64,000 bases of DNA from an uncultured Anaerolinea sp. (lineage in GTDB: Bacteria; Chloroflexota; Anaerolineae; Anaerolineales; UBA4823). The translations under genes were made by a program, and so were the position numbers. Below, in pieces: positions 18,901 through 29,043 of this stretch. Under the pieces are notes generated by a model. It was not told the origin of the DNA. It ran no database searches and saw only the letters and a program-made list of their open reading frames with translations. Within the stretch, counting starts at the first letter, position 1. Each line of letters starts with the position of its first letter. The DNA lies in assembly GCA_964503625.1 (NCBI GenBank), contig CAZDAU010000004.1:39964-103963 (forward strand). The letters are read 5' to 3'.

Positions 18901-19550
18901 CCACCATTCTCCACACTCGCCGATAAGATTTGTTGCGCCCTGGCACGAGCAGCCTGCTTTCCGGCAGACTTCAGGATCTCCAACAGATCGGAATCCACAA
19001 GGCGCAAAGCGGCTTCCAGGCGCGGCTCACCTGGGGCAAAGCGGGCCTGCAGCTCGGGCCTCAGCTCCGCCAGCAGGCTGGCCAGATCGCCGTATTCCGG
19101 TCCAATAAGCGCTTCCAGTTTCTCGCGCAGGCGGCGCGCCAGGGCCGGGCTGGCTCCACCGGTGGTGATGGCAACTTTGACTTCGCCGCGCTGCACAACC
19201 GCCGGGACAATGAAGTTGCTGTGCCTGGGATCATCCACCACATTGACCAGGCAGCCGCGCCGGACCGCTTCGCTCCACACCGCCCCGTTGACCGGCGGGT
19301 CATCGGTGGCAGCAATCACCAGGAACGCGTCTGCCAGGTCGCCCGCCTGGTACAACCGTGGGACCATCTCCAACCCGGCGTACAAACCAGCCAGGTGATC
19401 AAACTCAGCGCAGAACTGTGGACTGATGACGATAACCGGCGCGCCGGCCTCCAACAGCGCCTCGGCCTTGCGCGCCGCAACCTTGCCGCCGCCAATCACC
19501 ACCACCCGCCGGTTTTCCAAGCCAACCAGACAGATTGGATAAGTCTTCAC
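18897..19550 (-). CDS. Precorrin-2 dehydrogenase / sirohydrochlorin ferrochelatase (CysG-N, SirC/Met8-like)
   Basis: VVIGGGKVAARK, LVIAATDD, VNVVDDP, ITTGGASP. Confidence 0.9.
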   Translation of the reverse strand: MKTYPICLVGLENRRVVVIGGGKVAARKAEALLEAGAPVIVISPQFCAEFDHLAGLYAGLEMVPRLYQAGDLADAFLVIAATDDPPVNGAVWSEAVRRGCLVNVVDDPRHSNFIVPAVVQRGEVKVAITTGGASPALARRLREKLEALIGPEYGDLASLLAELRPELQARFAPGEPRLEAALRLVDSDLLEILKSAGKQAARARAQQILSASVENGG

Positions 19551-19778
19551 GGACTCCTTTGTACCATAGTTGTTATCTTGTCGTCAAATGATAGAAGTCA
19601 TGCTTCGTGGATTATTCTGTTCATCAACTTTCAAGTCTCACTCATCCAATCATGATCTGCTACTCATCAAATCCTTACCATAAGCTCTGGATTTCTCTAT
19701 TTGCAACTGGATTTATCGACGTTATAGTATTATTATTGTAATTAAAAACCAATCTTAACCCGAAAACGGCCGATCATC

Positions 19779-21131
19779 ATGCCTATCCAATGCCTCGGTA
19801 TCGATCACAAAAACGCCCCCATTGAACTGCGTGAAAAGTTGGCTTTTAGCGATGACCAAATCCGGATGTCGCTTTCCCGGATAAGCTGTAGCGCCGATTG
19901 TCCCAATACCAGCAAAATGCTCCAAGAGATGGTCATCCTTTCGACCTGCAACCGCACCGAATTGTACGCGGTCAGCATGGAGCCAGCCTTCGAAGAGCTG
20001 GAAGCGTTTCTGAGCGATAACTGCCGGGGTGTCTTAGGCGCAGAGTTGGATTTTGACGAAATTCGCCCCCGTCTGTTTCGCCTGACCGATCGCGAAACCG
20101 TGGAGCATTTGTTTGCTGTCGCCTGCGGCCTTGAATCGCAGGTGCTGGGAGAGCCACAAATCCTGGGGCAGGTCACGCACGCCCTGGAGCTGGCGCACGG
20201 CGTGGGCGCAGTGGGCACAATACTCACCCGGCTGTTCAAGGCCGCCATCCATGTGGGGAAGCGCGCCCACACCGAAACGCACATCAGCAAGAATCCCACT
20301 TCTATCTCATCATTGGCTGCCCGGCTGTGCGAACAAAGTGTTCGCAACCTGGCAGAGGCCCAGGTGGTCATTGTGGGCGCGGGCGAAATGGCCCAGTTGG
20401 CAGCGGAGGCTTTGCGCAAACGCGGTGCGCAGCACTTGCTGGTACTCAACCGCACCCTGGAGCGGGCTCGAACCCTGGCCGATCACTGGCAGGCATCCTA
20501 CGATACCTTTGAGAATCTGGAACAGGCCCTGCGCGGCGCGGATATTGTCATTGCATCTACCAGCGCGCCGCACCTGGTGATTCATTCCGAGATAGTCACC
20601 CGGGCAATGGTGGGCCGGAAACCGCGCCCGCTGGTGTTGGTGGATATTGCTGTGCCGCGTGATATTGATCCTGAGGTGGGCAACATCCCGCACGTGCGTC
20701 TTTATGACATTGACCATCTCAGCGCGCAGCTACAAGGCGCCCTGGCAGAGCGAGCCAGCCAGATACCGCTGGTGGAGGCCATCCTGGCTGAAGAGACCGG
20801 GCGCTTCATGGGCTTTATGGAATCGCTGGACATGCTGCCGCTGATCGCTGGACTGCACCAACAAGCCGAAGAAATGCGCAAGGCAGAGCTTCAAAAAACA
20901 CTCCGCCACATGCCCGATCTCACCGCTGAAGAGATTGCTCGAATCGATGCGCTGACGCGTGCGCTGGTCAAGAAGATGCTGCACGCCCCCACCCGGCGGC
21001 TGCGCGCCGAGTCGGCTTGCCCCCATGCCCCTCAGTACGCCACTGTGGCCCAAACGCTGTTCGATTTGCCAGGCCAGGACGTGGTGTGCCATTTTTCCGG
21101 CAAGACCTGCCCGATAACAATCGAGAATTAG
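19779..21131 (+). CDS. hemA: Glutamyl-tRNA reductase
   Basis: ILSTCNRTE, GLESQVLGEPQILGQV, GAGEMA, DIAVPRDID. Confidence 0.96.
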   Translation: MPIQCLGIDHKNAPIELREKLAFSDDQIRMSLSRISCSADCPNTSKMLQEMVILSTCNRTELYAVSMEPAFEELEAFLSDNCRGVLGAELDFDEIRPRLFRLTDRETVEHLFAVACGLESQVLGEPQILGQVTHALELAHGVGAVGTILTRLFKAAIHVGKRAHTETHISKNPTSISSLAARLCEQSVRNLAEAQVVIVGAGEMAQLAAEALRKRGAQHLLVLNRTLERARTLADHWQASYDTFENLEQALRGADIVIASTSAPHLVIHSEIVTRAMVGRKPRPLVLVDIAVPRDIDPEVGNIPHVRLYDIDHLSAQLQGALAERASQIPLVEAILAEETGRFMGFMESLDMLPLIAGLHQQAEEMRKAELQKTLRHMPDLTAEEIARIDALTRALVKKMLHAPTRRLRAESACPHAPQYATVAQTLFDLPGQDVVCHFSGKTCPITIEN

Positions 21132-21143
21132 AGAAAAAACTGA

Positions 21144-22088
21144 ATGAAGCTGATCTTTGCCACTCGTCCCTCTCAATTGGCTCGCTGGCAAACCCGCTGG
21201 GTGATTGAAGCGCTGCAGCTGGCCTGGCCCGGATTGGAGTGCGAGGAGAAGATCATCACCACCCAGGGCGATCAGATTCTGGACAAACCCCTGCCCGAAA
21301 TTGGCGGTAAGGGCCTCTTCACCCAGGAGCTGGAATCCGAATTGATTCATGGCAACGTCCACGCTGCTGTACACTCATTGAAAGATTTACCCGTAGACCT
21401 TTCGCCTGGGCTGGCAATCGGCTGCATCCCGGCGCGAGTCGAGGTTCGGGATGCGGTTGTCTCAAGCAACGGTTGGACCCTGGACGGGCTGCCCACTGGG
21501 GCGCGTCTGGGTACGTCGAGCCTGCGTCGGGCTGCCCAGGCGCTGCACCGCCGACCGGACCTGGTTGTAGAGCCGCTGCGTGGCAACATCGACACCCGCC
21601 TGCGCAAGGCCCGCGAAGGTCAATACGACGCCATCCTGCTGGCAGGTGCCGGGTTGATCCGCATGGGCTGGGAGGCGGCTGTCAGTGAATGGCTTGATTT
21701 AGAAGTCATGCTTCCTGCCCCCGGGCAGGGAGCCCTGGCTGTCCAATGCTGCGACCAGGATGCCGACACACGTCGCCTTTTGTCCGCCCTGGAAGACCCG
21801 GCTGCACGCGCGGCTGTCACGGCTGAGCGCGCCTTTCTGCAAGGCCTGGGCGGCGGCTGCTCCGTGCCAGTGGCGGCCTATGCTTGCCCAAAGGTTGGGA
21901 ACCGGGCAAATGACCAGGATTGGCAACTGATCGGACGGGTACTCTCGCCAAACGGCCGGCAGATGATCCAGGTTGAGGGGAATGGCCACGATCCGGTTGA
22001 GTTGGGGGCGCGGCTGGCTCAAAGCGCCCTGGATCAAGGCGCTGCAGCGCTGTTCAGCCTGGAGATCCCAAAGCTTAATAATCCATGA
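21144..22088 (+). CDS. hemC: Hydroxymethylbilane synthase
   Basis: TRPSQLARWQT, GGKGLFT, HSLKDLP, GTSSLRR, RGNIDTR, AERAFL..GGGC. Confidence 0.96.
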   Translation: MKLIFATRPSQLARWQTRWVIEALQLAWPGLECEEKIITTQGDQILDKPLPEIGGKGLFTQELESELIHGNVHAAVHSLKDLPVDLSPGLAIGCIPARVEVRDAVVSSNGWTLDGLPTGARLGTSSLRRAAQALHRRPDLVVEPLRGNIDTRLRKAREGQYDAILLAGAGLIRMGWEAAVSEWLDLEVMLPAPGQGALAVQCCDQDADTRRLLSALEDPAARAAVTAERAFLQGLGGGCSVPVAAYACPKVGNRANDQDWQLIGRVLSPNGRQMIQVEGNGHDPVELGARLAQSALDQGAAALFSLEIPKLNNP

Positions 22089-22119
22089 AGACTGTGGCAC
22101 AAACAAAAATCGTTAAACG

Positions 22120-23193
22120 TTGAATATGGAAATACTTATGAATCCTGAAATCGATATTTCACTTGGATCGCGTCCAACCAACCTGATTCGCCGCCCACGA
22201 CGGCTGCGGCAGAGCGCTGCGCTGCGCGCGATGGTGCGCGAAACGGAGCTGAACCAGGCCGATTTTATTTATCCGTTGTTTGTGCGCCACGCCGCAAAAA
22301 AGGGTCAAAACGACCCCATAGAAATCCGCTCCATGCCGGGCGTTTACCAGTGGCCGGTGAACCTGCTTGCCCAGGAGGCAGAGAGCATCGCCCGGCTGGG
22401 CATTCCGGCGGTCATCCTGTTTGGCATCCCAGAAGAAAAAGACCCGGTGGGGCTGGAGAATTTTGCGCCAGATGGCGTTGTTCAGCAGGCCATCCGGGCC
22501 ATCAAACAGGCTGTGCCAGAGATGGTGGTGATTACCGATGTGTGCCTGTGCGAATACACCGACCACGGGCACTGCGGTCTGTTGAACACTGGCGATAACC
22601 GCCACCCACACCTGGCGGAGGGCTATGTGTTGAATGACCCGACTCTGGAGGTGTTGGGCAAAGTGGCGGTCTCGCACACTCAGGCGGGCGCAGACATCGT
22701 TGCTCCAAGCGGGATGATGGATGGCATGGTGGCGACAATCCGTGCGGCATTGGATGGCGCCGGTTTCAAGAATACCCCCATTCTGTCTTATGCGGTCAAG
22801 TACGCATCGGGGTTCTATGGCCCGTTCCGGGATGCAGCCGAATCGCCGCCCAAATTTGGCGACCGCAAATCCCACCAGATGGACCCAGCCAACGCCCGAG
22901 AGGCGCTCAAAGAGGCCGCCTTAGACGTCGAAGAAGGCGCGGATATGCTCATGGTCAAGCCAGCGCTTCCCTACCTGGACGTGATCTATCGCCTGCGCCA
23001 GGCCCACCCAGAGCTGCCCCTGGCGGCTTACAACGTAAGCGGCGAGTACGCGATGCTCAAGGCAGCCGCAGCCAACGGCTGGCTGGATGAGCGCACCACC
23101 GTCCTGGAAGCTCTAACCGCCATCAAGCGGGCCGGGGCAGATTTGATCCTGACGTATCACGCCAAAGATGCTGCAGCCTGGCTGGCAGGGTAG
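22120..23193 (+). CDS. hemB: Porphobilinogen synthase (start may be ATG 22126 or 22138)
   Basis: [39 protein letters not shown]. Confidence 0.96.
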   Translation: MNMEILMNPEIDISLGSRPTNLIRRPRRLRQSAALRAMVRETELNQADFIYPLFVRHAAKKGQNDPIEIRSMPGVYQWPVNLLAQEAESIARLGIPAVILFGIPEEKDPVGLENFAPDGVVQQAIRAIKQAVPEMVVITDVCLCEYTDHGHCGLLNTGDNRHPHLAEGYVLNDPTLEVLGKVAVSHTQAGADIVAPSGMMDGMVATIRAALDGAGFKNTPILSYAVKYASGFYGPFRDAAESPPKFGDRKSHQMDPANAREALKEAALDVEEGADMLMVKPALPYLDVIYRLRQAHPELPLAAYNVSGEYAMLKAAAANGWLDERTTVLEALTAIKRAGADLILTYHAKDAAAWLAG

Positions 23194-23220
23194 CTGTTTA
23201 TCGATATGAGGTGATATTGT

Positions 23221-24456
23221 ATGAAAGAACCCATTTCACAGGTTTTACCGGTTTCCCCACTCTCGCCCGGACTGAGCCAACCTGCCGCAGCCGAGCGCGG
23301 CTTGCACAACCAGCACATGCAGGCAGCCGATTTTGACCGCGCGCCCTTCACGATTGCCTGGGAGATCACCCGTGCTTGCGCCTTCCGATGCGTCCATTGC
23401 CGGGCCAACGCCCAGCACCAACGCCATCCAGACGAGCTGGATACGCAGGAGGCCATACAGCTGATCGACCAGATTGCCGAGTTCGGCAGCGATGGCTCAA
23501 CCAGCCCAATCCTGATCTTCACCGGCGGCGACCCGATGATGCGCCGCGACCTTTTTGAGCTGATCGCCCACGCGGCGCAAAAGGGCCTGCGCTGCTCGTT
23601 GACCCCCACTGCCACCGCCCTGCCGACCCTGGAGCGCCTGGAGAGGGCCCGCCAGGTTGGCATCCGCCGGATCGCCTTGAGCCTGGACGCGCCGACCGCG
23701 GAAATCCACGATGCCTTCCGCCAGGTGCCCGGATCCTGGGAACGCACCATGAATATCCTGCACGCTGCTCAACAGGCTGGGCTGAGCACCCAGGTGAACA
23801 CCACCGTCTCCAGGCATAACCTGCACCTGCTAAAAGACATGCCGCCCTTCATCCAAGGAGTTGGCGCAGTTCAGTGGTCTGTGTTCTTCCTGGTGCCCAC
23901 CGGCCGGGCGCAGGTGGGCTGGATGATCAGCTCGCAGGAGCATGAGCAGGTTTTCCATTGGCTTTATGATCTTTCAAAAACCTCCCCGTTCGACATCAAA
24001 GCCACAGCCGCGCCAATGTACCGCCGGGTAGCCATCCAGCGGCGCAAAGCTGAAGCTGAAGAGAGCGCAGAGACCAGCTCCTCGGCCATGCCGGTGACTT
24101 TTCAAGGCGCCGGCTTCCAGTATGCCGATGGGCTGCACCGCCCCACTCGAGGCGTCAACGACGGTAATGGTTTTTTGTTCATCAGCCATGTTGGAGATAT
24201 CCAGCCCTCGGGCTTCCTGCCCATCACCGCCGGGAATGCCCGCCAGGATCACATTGTGGAGGTCTATCGCCAATCGCAAATCTTCAAGGATCTGCGCACA
24301 CCGTCGAAGATCAAGGGCAAATGCGGGGTTTGCGAATATCGGGATGTGTGCGGCGGCCAGCGCGGGCGCGCTTATGGCGTCACTGGCGATTACATGGAAA
24401 CCGACCCGGCCTGCGCCTATACACCGGTCCAACCTTTGGAAAGGGAGCTGCCATGA
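23221..24456 (+). CDS. Radical SAM protein, AhbD/BA_1875-like, in heme operon
   Basis: WEITRACAFRCVHCRA (CX3CX2C), TGGDP; C-terminal KCGVC...CGG partial SPASM. Confidence 0.85.
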   Translation: MKEPISQVLPVSPLSPGLSQPAAAERGLHNQHMQAADFDRAPFTIAWEITRACAFRCVHCRANAQHQRHPDELDTQEAIQLIDQIAEFGSDGSTSPILIFTGGDPMMRRDLFELIAHAAQKGLRCSLTPTATALPTLERLERARQVGIRRIALSLDAPTAEIHDAFRQVPGSWERTMNILHAAQQAGLSTQVNTTVSRHNLHLLKDMPPFIQGVGAVQWSVFFLVPTGRAQVGWMISSQEHEQVFHWLYDLSKTSPFDIKATAAPMYRRVAIQRRKAEAEESAETSSSAMPVTFQGAGFQYADGLHRPTRGVNDGNGFLFISHVGDIQPSGFLPITAGNARQDHIVEVYRQSQIFKDLRTPSKIKGKCGVCEYRDVCGGQRGRAYGVTGDYMETDPACAYTPVQPLERELP

Positions 24457-25556
24457 CACTTCCGGCTCCATCCACCGGCCAGGCGGCGACGGCTGAAGCG
24501 CCGCAATCCCGTTTCCTGCGCGCCTGCCAGCGCCTGCCAGTAGACGCCACACCGGTCTGGTTCATGCGCCAGGCAGGGCGCTACATGCCCGAATACCGCG
24601 CCATCCGCGAAAAGCTGACCCTGCTGGAAATCTGCCAGCGTCCCGAGGTGGCAGCGGAGGTCACCCTCCAGCCCGTGCAAGCTTTTGGCGTGGACGCCGC
24701 GATCCTGTTTGCCGATATCCTGCTCCCGTTGATCCCCATGGGTCTGAAGCTGGAGTTCGTTAAGGGCGAAGGCCCGCTGATCCGCAACCCGGTGCGTAGC
24801 ATGGCGGACGTCCATCACCTGCGCCCGGTTGACCCCCAAACCGACCTGGGGCATGTGCTGCAGGCGATTCGCATCTTGCGCAGCGCCCTGGGTGAAACGC
24901 CGCTGATCGGTTTTTGCGGCGCACCCTTTACCGTGGCGGCCTATGCCATCGAGGGTGGGGCCACGCGGGAGTTCATCCAGATCAAGAAAATAATGTACGG
25001 CGCACCGGAAATCTTCCAGGCTTTTATGACCCGCTTGACCGATGTGCTGATCGCTTATCTCTCAGCCCAGATCCAGGCCGGCGCCCAGGCCGTGCAGGTC
25101 TTTGACTCCTGGATTGGGGCGCTCAGCCCGCAGGATTACCAACGCTACATCTTTCCACACTCCACCCGGCTGTTGAAGACCGTCGAGGCGCTGGGCACCC
25201 CGGTGATCCACTTCGGCGCGGGCACGCCCACGCTGCTGCCCTGGATGCGGCAGGCTGGTGGGACTGTTCTGGGTCTGGATTGGCGGATTCCGCTGGATGA
25301 TGGCTGGAAAACCGTGGGAAGCGACCGGGCTATCCAGGGTAACCTGGATCCAGCGGTGCTCTTTGCGCCGCTGCCCGAGTTGCGTCGACAGGTGGAAGAC
25401 GTGCTCCGCCGGGCCGGTAACAAGCCGGGTCACATATTCAACACCGGGCACGGCATCTTCCAGCACACGCCGGTGGAAAGCGTGCGCGCCGTGGTGGAAA
25501 TGGTCCACGAGCTGAGCGCCCGCCTGGACGGGTCCGTAAGGAACAACCAGCAATGA
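24453..25556 (+). CDS. hemE: Uroporphyrinogen decarboxylase
   Basis: PVWFMRQAGRYMPEY, LFADIL, QVFDSW, QGNLDP, FNTGHG; ATG 24453 overlaps upstream TGA. Confidence 0.96.
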   Translation: MTLPAPSTGQAATAEAPQSRFLRACQRLPVDATPVWFMRQAGRYMPEYRAIREKLTLLEICQRPEVAAEVTLQPVQAFGVDAAILFADILLPLIPMGLKLEFVKGEGPLIRNPVRSMADVHHLRPVDPQTDLGHVLQAIRILRSALGETPLIGFCGAPFTVAAYAIEGGATREFIQIKKIMYGAPEIFQAFMTRLTDVLIAYLSAQIQAGAQAVQVFDSWIGALSPQDYQRYIFPHSTRLLKTVEALGTPVIHFGAGTPTLLPWMRQAGGTVLGLDWRIPLDDGWKTVGSDRAIQGNLDPAVLFAPLPELRRQVEDVLRRAGNKPGHIFNTGHGIFQHTPVESVRAVVEMVHELSARLDGSVRNNQQ

Positions 25557-26965
25557 AGCACATCCTGATTATCGGTGGGGGCATCACTGGCCTGGCAGCG
25601 GCCTACTCGCTGCAAAAAAAGGCCCACGAGACCGGCCAGATGATCCACGTGACCCTCCTTGAAGCCAGCAATCAGTGGGGCGGCAAGATCAGCACCGAGC
25701 GGGTGGGGGGTTATGTCATCGAAGGCGGGCCAGACACTTTTCTGGCCACCAAGCCTTGGGGGGTGGCGCTGTGCAAGGAGCTGGGCCTGGGCGAGCGGCT
25801 GCACGGCACCAACCCCCAGCAGAAGAGCACATATGTGCTGCACCACGGGCGCTTGCATCCGCTGCCGGATGGGCTCATGATGATGATCCCCAGCCGGTTT
25901 GGGCCGATGGTGCATACCGATCTGCTTTCCTGGCCGCAAAAAGCCCGCATGGGGCTGGATTTTGTCCTGCCACCGCGGCCACCCAACGGCGATGAGAGCC
26001 TGGGCGAGTTTGTCTCCCGGCGATTGGGACGAGCTGCCTACGAAAACCTGATTGAACCGTTGATGAGCGGGATCTACGCTGGTGATGGCGACCGCCTGAG
26101 CCTGGGCGCCACCTTTCCTTACCTGCGCGACCTGGAGCTTCAATACGGCGGGCTGGCCAAGGGCGCCCTGGCAATGCGCAAAAAGCTGGCCGCCAGCCGT
26201 AGCGCAGCGCCTGGCTCTCGCTCAGCATTCCTGACCCCGCGCACAGGATTAATGGAGATCGTTGAGGCGCTGCTGGATCGCCTGACCGCTGGCGGGGCTG
26301 ACCTGCGCTTGAACTCTCCGATTTGCCGCCTCAGCCGGAAAGACGAAATGTACCAGGCCCACCTGCCGGATGGCTCAATCCTGGCAGCGCAGGGTGTGAT
26401 CCTGGCTGCGCCGGCCTACGCAGCCGGCGAAATGATCCAGGCAATTCAACCAACTCTGGCGGCGGAGTTGCTCGCAATACCCTACACCTCCACTGCCACC
26501 GTCTCGCTGGCATATTCACAGAGTGACCTGGCGCGCCCGCTGGACGGTTACGGTTATGTCATCCCGAGGCGCGAAGGGCGGCGAGCGCTGGCCTGCACCT
26601 GGACCTCCACGAAATTTCCGCACCGCGCCCCAGAGGGCCATGCCCTGGTGCGCGTGTTTGTCGGGCGCGCCGGGCAGGAGGATCAGATCCCCTGGGATGA
26701 GCCGGGCCTGCTGGCCCTGGCACAGGAGGAGCTGGCGCTGACCCTGGGAATCACAGCCAGGCCAACGCTGGCACGGGTTTTTCGCTGGGAACGGGCCATG
26801 CCGCAGTACAACCTGGGCCACCCGGAGCGGTTGGAGCGCATCGATGCGGCGCTGAGAGATCTGCCTGGCCTGGCGCTGGCGGGCAACGGCTATCGTGGCA
26901 TCGGCATCCCAGACTGCATTCGCTCCGGCGAGCTGGCCGCAACCCAGGTACTGGAGGCCATATGA
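25553..26965 (+). CDS. hemY: Protoporphyrinogen/coproporphyrinogen oxidase (HemY/CgoX)
   Basis: [39 protein letters not shown]. Confidence 0.93.
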   Translation: MKHILIIGGGITGLAAAYSLQKKAHETGQMIHVTLLEASNQWGGKISTERVGGYVIEGGPDTFLATKPWGVALCKELGLGERLHGTNPQQKSTYVLHHGRLHPLPDGLMMMIPSRFGPMVHTDLLSWPQKARMGLDFVLPPRPPNGDESLGEFVSRRLGRAAYENLIEPLMSGIYAGDGDRLSLGATFPYLRDLELQYGGLAKGALAMRKKLAASRSAAPGSRSAFLTPRTGLMEIVEALLDRLTAGGADLRLNSPICRLSRKDEMYQAHLPDGSILAAQGVILAAPAYAAGEMIQAIQPTLAAELLAIPYTSTATVSLAYSQSDLARPLDGYGYVIPRREGRRALACTWTSTKFPHRAPEGHALVRVFVGRAGQEDQIPWDEPGLLALAQEELALTLGITARPTLARVFRWERAMPQYNLGHPERLERIDAALRDLPGLALAGNGYRGIGIPDCIRSGELAATQVLEAI

Positions 26966-28245
26966 ACACCGAACGATCGCGCAATTATTTTGCTCAAGCT
27001 TTGGAGCTGCTCCCAGGCGGTGTGGACTCGCCCGTGCGGGCATTCCGACCCGTGGGCGGCCAGCCGCTATTTATCGACCGCGGCGAGGCTGCCTATCTGA
27101 TCGACGTTGACGGTAACCGTTTTATCGATTACGTGCTATCCTGGGGGCCGTTGATCTTGGGCCATGCCCACCCGGCGGTTGTGGCCGCCTTGCAGGCCGC
27201 CGCTGAGCGCGGCACCAGCTATGGCGCGCCCAGTCCATTGGAAATCGAGCTGGCCAGGCGGGTGATGACCTTCATGCCGGGCATTGAGATGCTGCGCTTT
27301 GTCAACTCGGGCACCGAGGCCACAATGAGCGCTCTGCGCCTGGCCCGGGCATTCACAAAACGGGATAAGATCATCAAGTTCGAAGGCTGCTACCACGGGC
27401 ACGCCGACCTGCTGCTGGTGCAAGCCGGGTCAGGCGTCGCCACGCTGGGGCTGCCCGATTCTCCCGGTGTTCCGCCCGCCACAGCCCAGGATACACTGGT
27501 CGCTCGCTTCAACGATCTCGACTCGGTGACCGGCATCTTTGCCCGCTACCCGGAGCAGATTGCCGCGGTGATCGTTGAGCCGGTGGCGGGCAATATGGGC
27601 GTTGTCCCACCGCTGGAGGGCTTCCTGCCCGGCCTGCGCCAGATCACTGCTGATCACGGCGCGCTGTTGATCTTTGACGAGGTGATGACCGGTTTCCGAG
27701 TCCACCCCGGCGGCGCCCAGGCGCTCTATGGGGTCCAGCCCGACTTGACCACGCTGGGCAAGGTAATCGGCGGGGGCCTGCCGGTGGGCGCATACGGCGG
27801 AAAACGCCAGATCATGCAACTGATTGCCCCGGCGGGTCCGGTCTACCAGGCAGGAACGCTCTCCGGCAATCCACTGGCGATGACTGCCGGGATCGCCACC
27901 CTGGACATTCTGGCGCAGCCTGGGGTGTGGCCAAAACTGGAAGAGGCCGCGGGGCGCCTGGTGGAAGGGATCGGCCATGCGGCGCAGGAAGCGGGCGTGC
28001 CCATCGTTTCAACCTGCGTCGGCACGATGTTCACAACCTTCTTCACCAGCCAGGCGGTGCAGGATTGGCCCACGGTTAAGACCTGCGACACACAGCGGTT
28101 TGGAAAGTATTTCCAGGCGATGTTAGAAAATGGTGTTTACCTGGCCCCTTCGCAGTTCGAGGCCGGGTTCATTTCCAGCGCTCACACGCCAGATATCATC
28201 GACCAGACCCTCGAGGCAGCCAGGCGGGCCTTTCGAGCGCTATAA
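26962..28245 (+). CDS. hemL: Glutamate-1-semialdehyde 2,1-aminomutase
   Basis: [56 protein letters not shown]. Confidence 0.97.
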   Translation: MNTERSRNYFAQALELLPGGVDSPVRAFRPVGGQPLFIDRGEAAYLIDVDGNRFIDYVLSWGPLILGHAHPAVVAALQAAAERGTSYGAPSPLEIELARRVMTFMPGIEMLRFVNSGTEATMSALRLARAFTKRDKIIKFEGCYHGHADLLLVQAGSGVATLGLPDSPGVPPATAQDTLVARFNDLDSVTGIFARYPEQIAAVIVEPVAGNMGVVPPLEGFLPGLRQITADHGALLIFDEVMTGFRVHPGGAQALYGVQPDLTTLGKVIGGGLPVGAYGGKRQIMQLIAPAGPVYQAGTLSGNPLAMTAGIATLDILAQPGVWPKLEEAAGRLVEGIGHAAQEAGVPIVSTCVGTMFTTFFTSQAVQDWPTVKTCDTQRFGKYFQAMLENGVYLAPSQFEAGFISSAHTPDIIDQTLEAARRAFRAL

Positions 28246-28340
28246 AGCTGTACGGGCAAAACCACCGCTGGCGGTCGGCTGGCGAATCCGATGACCCAAA
28301 CATCCTTGCCGGCGTCAAATGCAGTCAAGCTGGGGTTTTC

Positions 28341-29009
28341 TTATTCCTCTTTGCGGTAATCGATATGGGCAATGCCAGCCCGCAGGGCATATAAAACCGC
28401 CTGGGTGCGGTTAGAAAGCCCCAGCTTGGCCAGGATGTTGGTGACGTGCGTGCGAACCGTCCGCTCGCTCAGCACCAGGACATCGGCAATCTCCTGGTTG
28501 GTCAAACCCAGGGCCATCTGCTGCAAGATCTCCACCTCCCGATCAGTCAACGCCCCGGCGGTGCTCGTCGCCCCTTCCTCGCCCTGGATTTCTTCCACCA
28601 GCTTGCGGGCGATCTCTGGCCCCAGGACTGGCTTGTTGCGGTAGGTATCCTGGATCGCCTGGAGCAAATCTTGCGAAGAGGTGTCCTTGATTAAATACCC
28701 AATTGCGCCGGCGCGAATGGCAGAGATCACCATGTGATCCTCAGCAAAACTGGTCAGCACCAGAATACGCGCCTGCGGATAGACTTTCTTTATTTCCAGG
28801 GTAGCCTGTACGCCATCCATGCGCGGCATGACCAGGTCCAGCAGAATGACATCCGGCTGCAGGTCTTTGGCCATGTGCACCGCTTCAAGGCCGTCCCCGG
28901 CAACCCCAATCACTTTCATCCCAGGCTCGGCCGAGATCAATGCCTTTAACCCGTCCCGCACCACGGTATGGTCGTCCACAATTAAGATACAAATCGGTCT
29001 CAGCGTCAT
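28341..29009 (-). CDS. NarL/LiaR-family response regulator
   Basis: IVDDH, LLDLVMP; LTDREVEIL...TNQEIA...RTHVTNIL. Confidence 0.93.
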   Translation of the reverse strand: MTLRPICILIVDDHTVVRDGLKALISAEPGMKVIGVAGDGLEAVHMAKDLQPDVILLDLVMPRMDGVQATLEIKKVYPQARILVLTSFAEDHMVISAIRAGAIGYLIKDTSSQDLLQAIQDTYRNKPVLGPEIARKLVEEIQGEEGATSTAGALTDREVEILQQMALGLTNQEIADVLVLSERTVRTHVTNILAKLGLSNRTQAVLYALRAGIAHIDYRKEE

Positions 29010-29043
29010 TGGGTCACCTCACTGGATGGAGATCTGGTCCTAC

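Noticed and set aside
23221-24456. Radical SAM enzyme as RiPP maturase for the 38268 peptide
   Set aside because: It is translationally coupled within the hem operon 14 kb away and is better explained by heme synthesis
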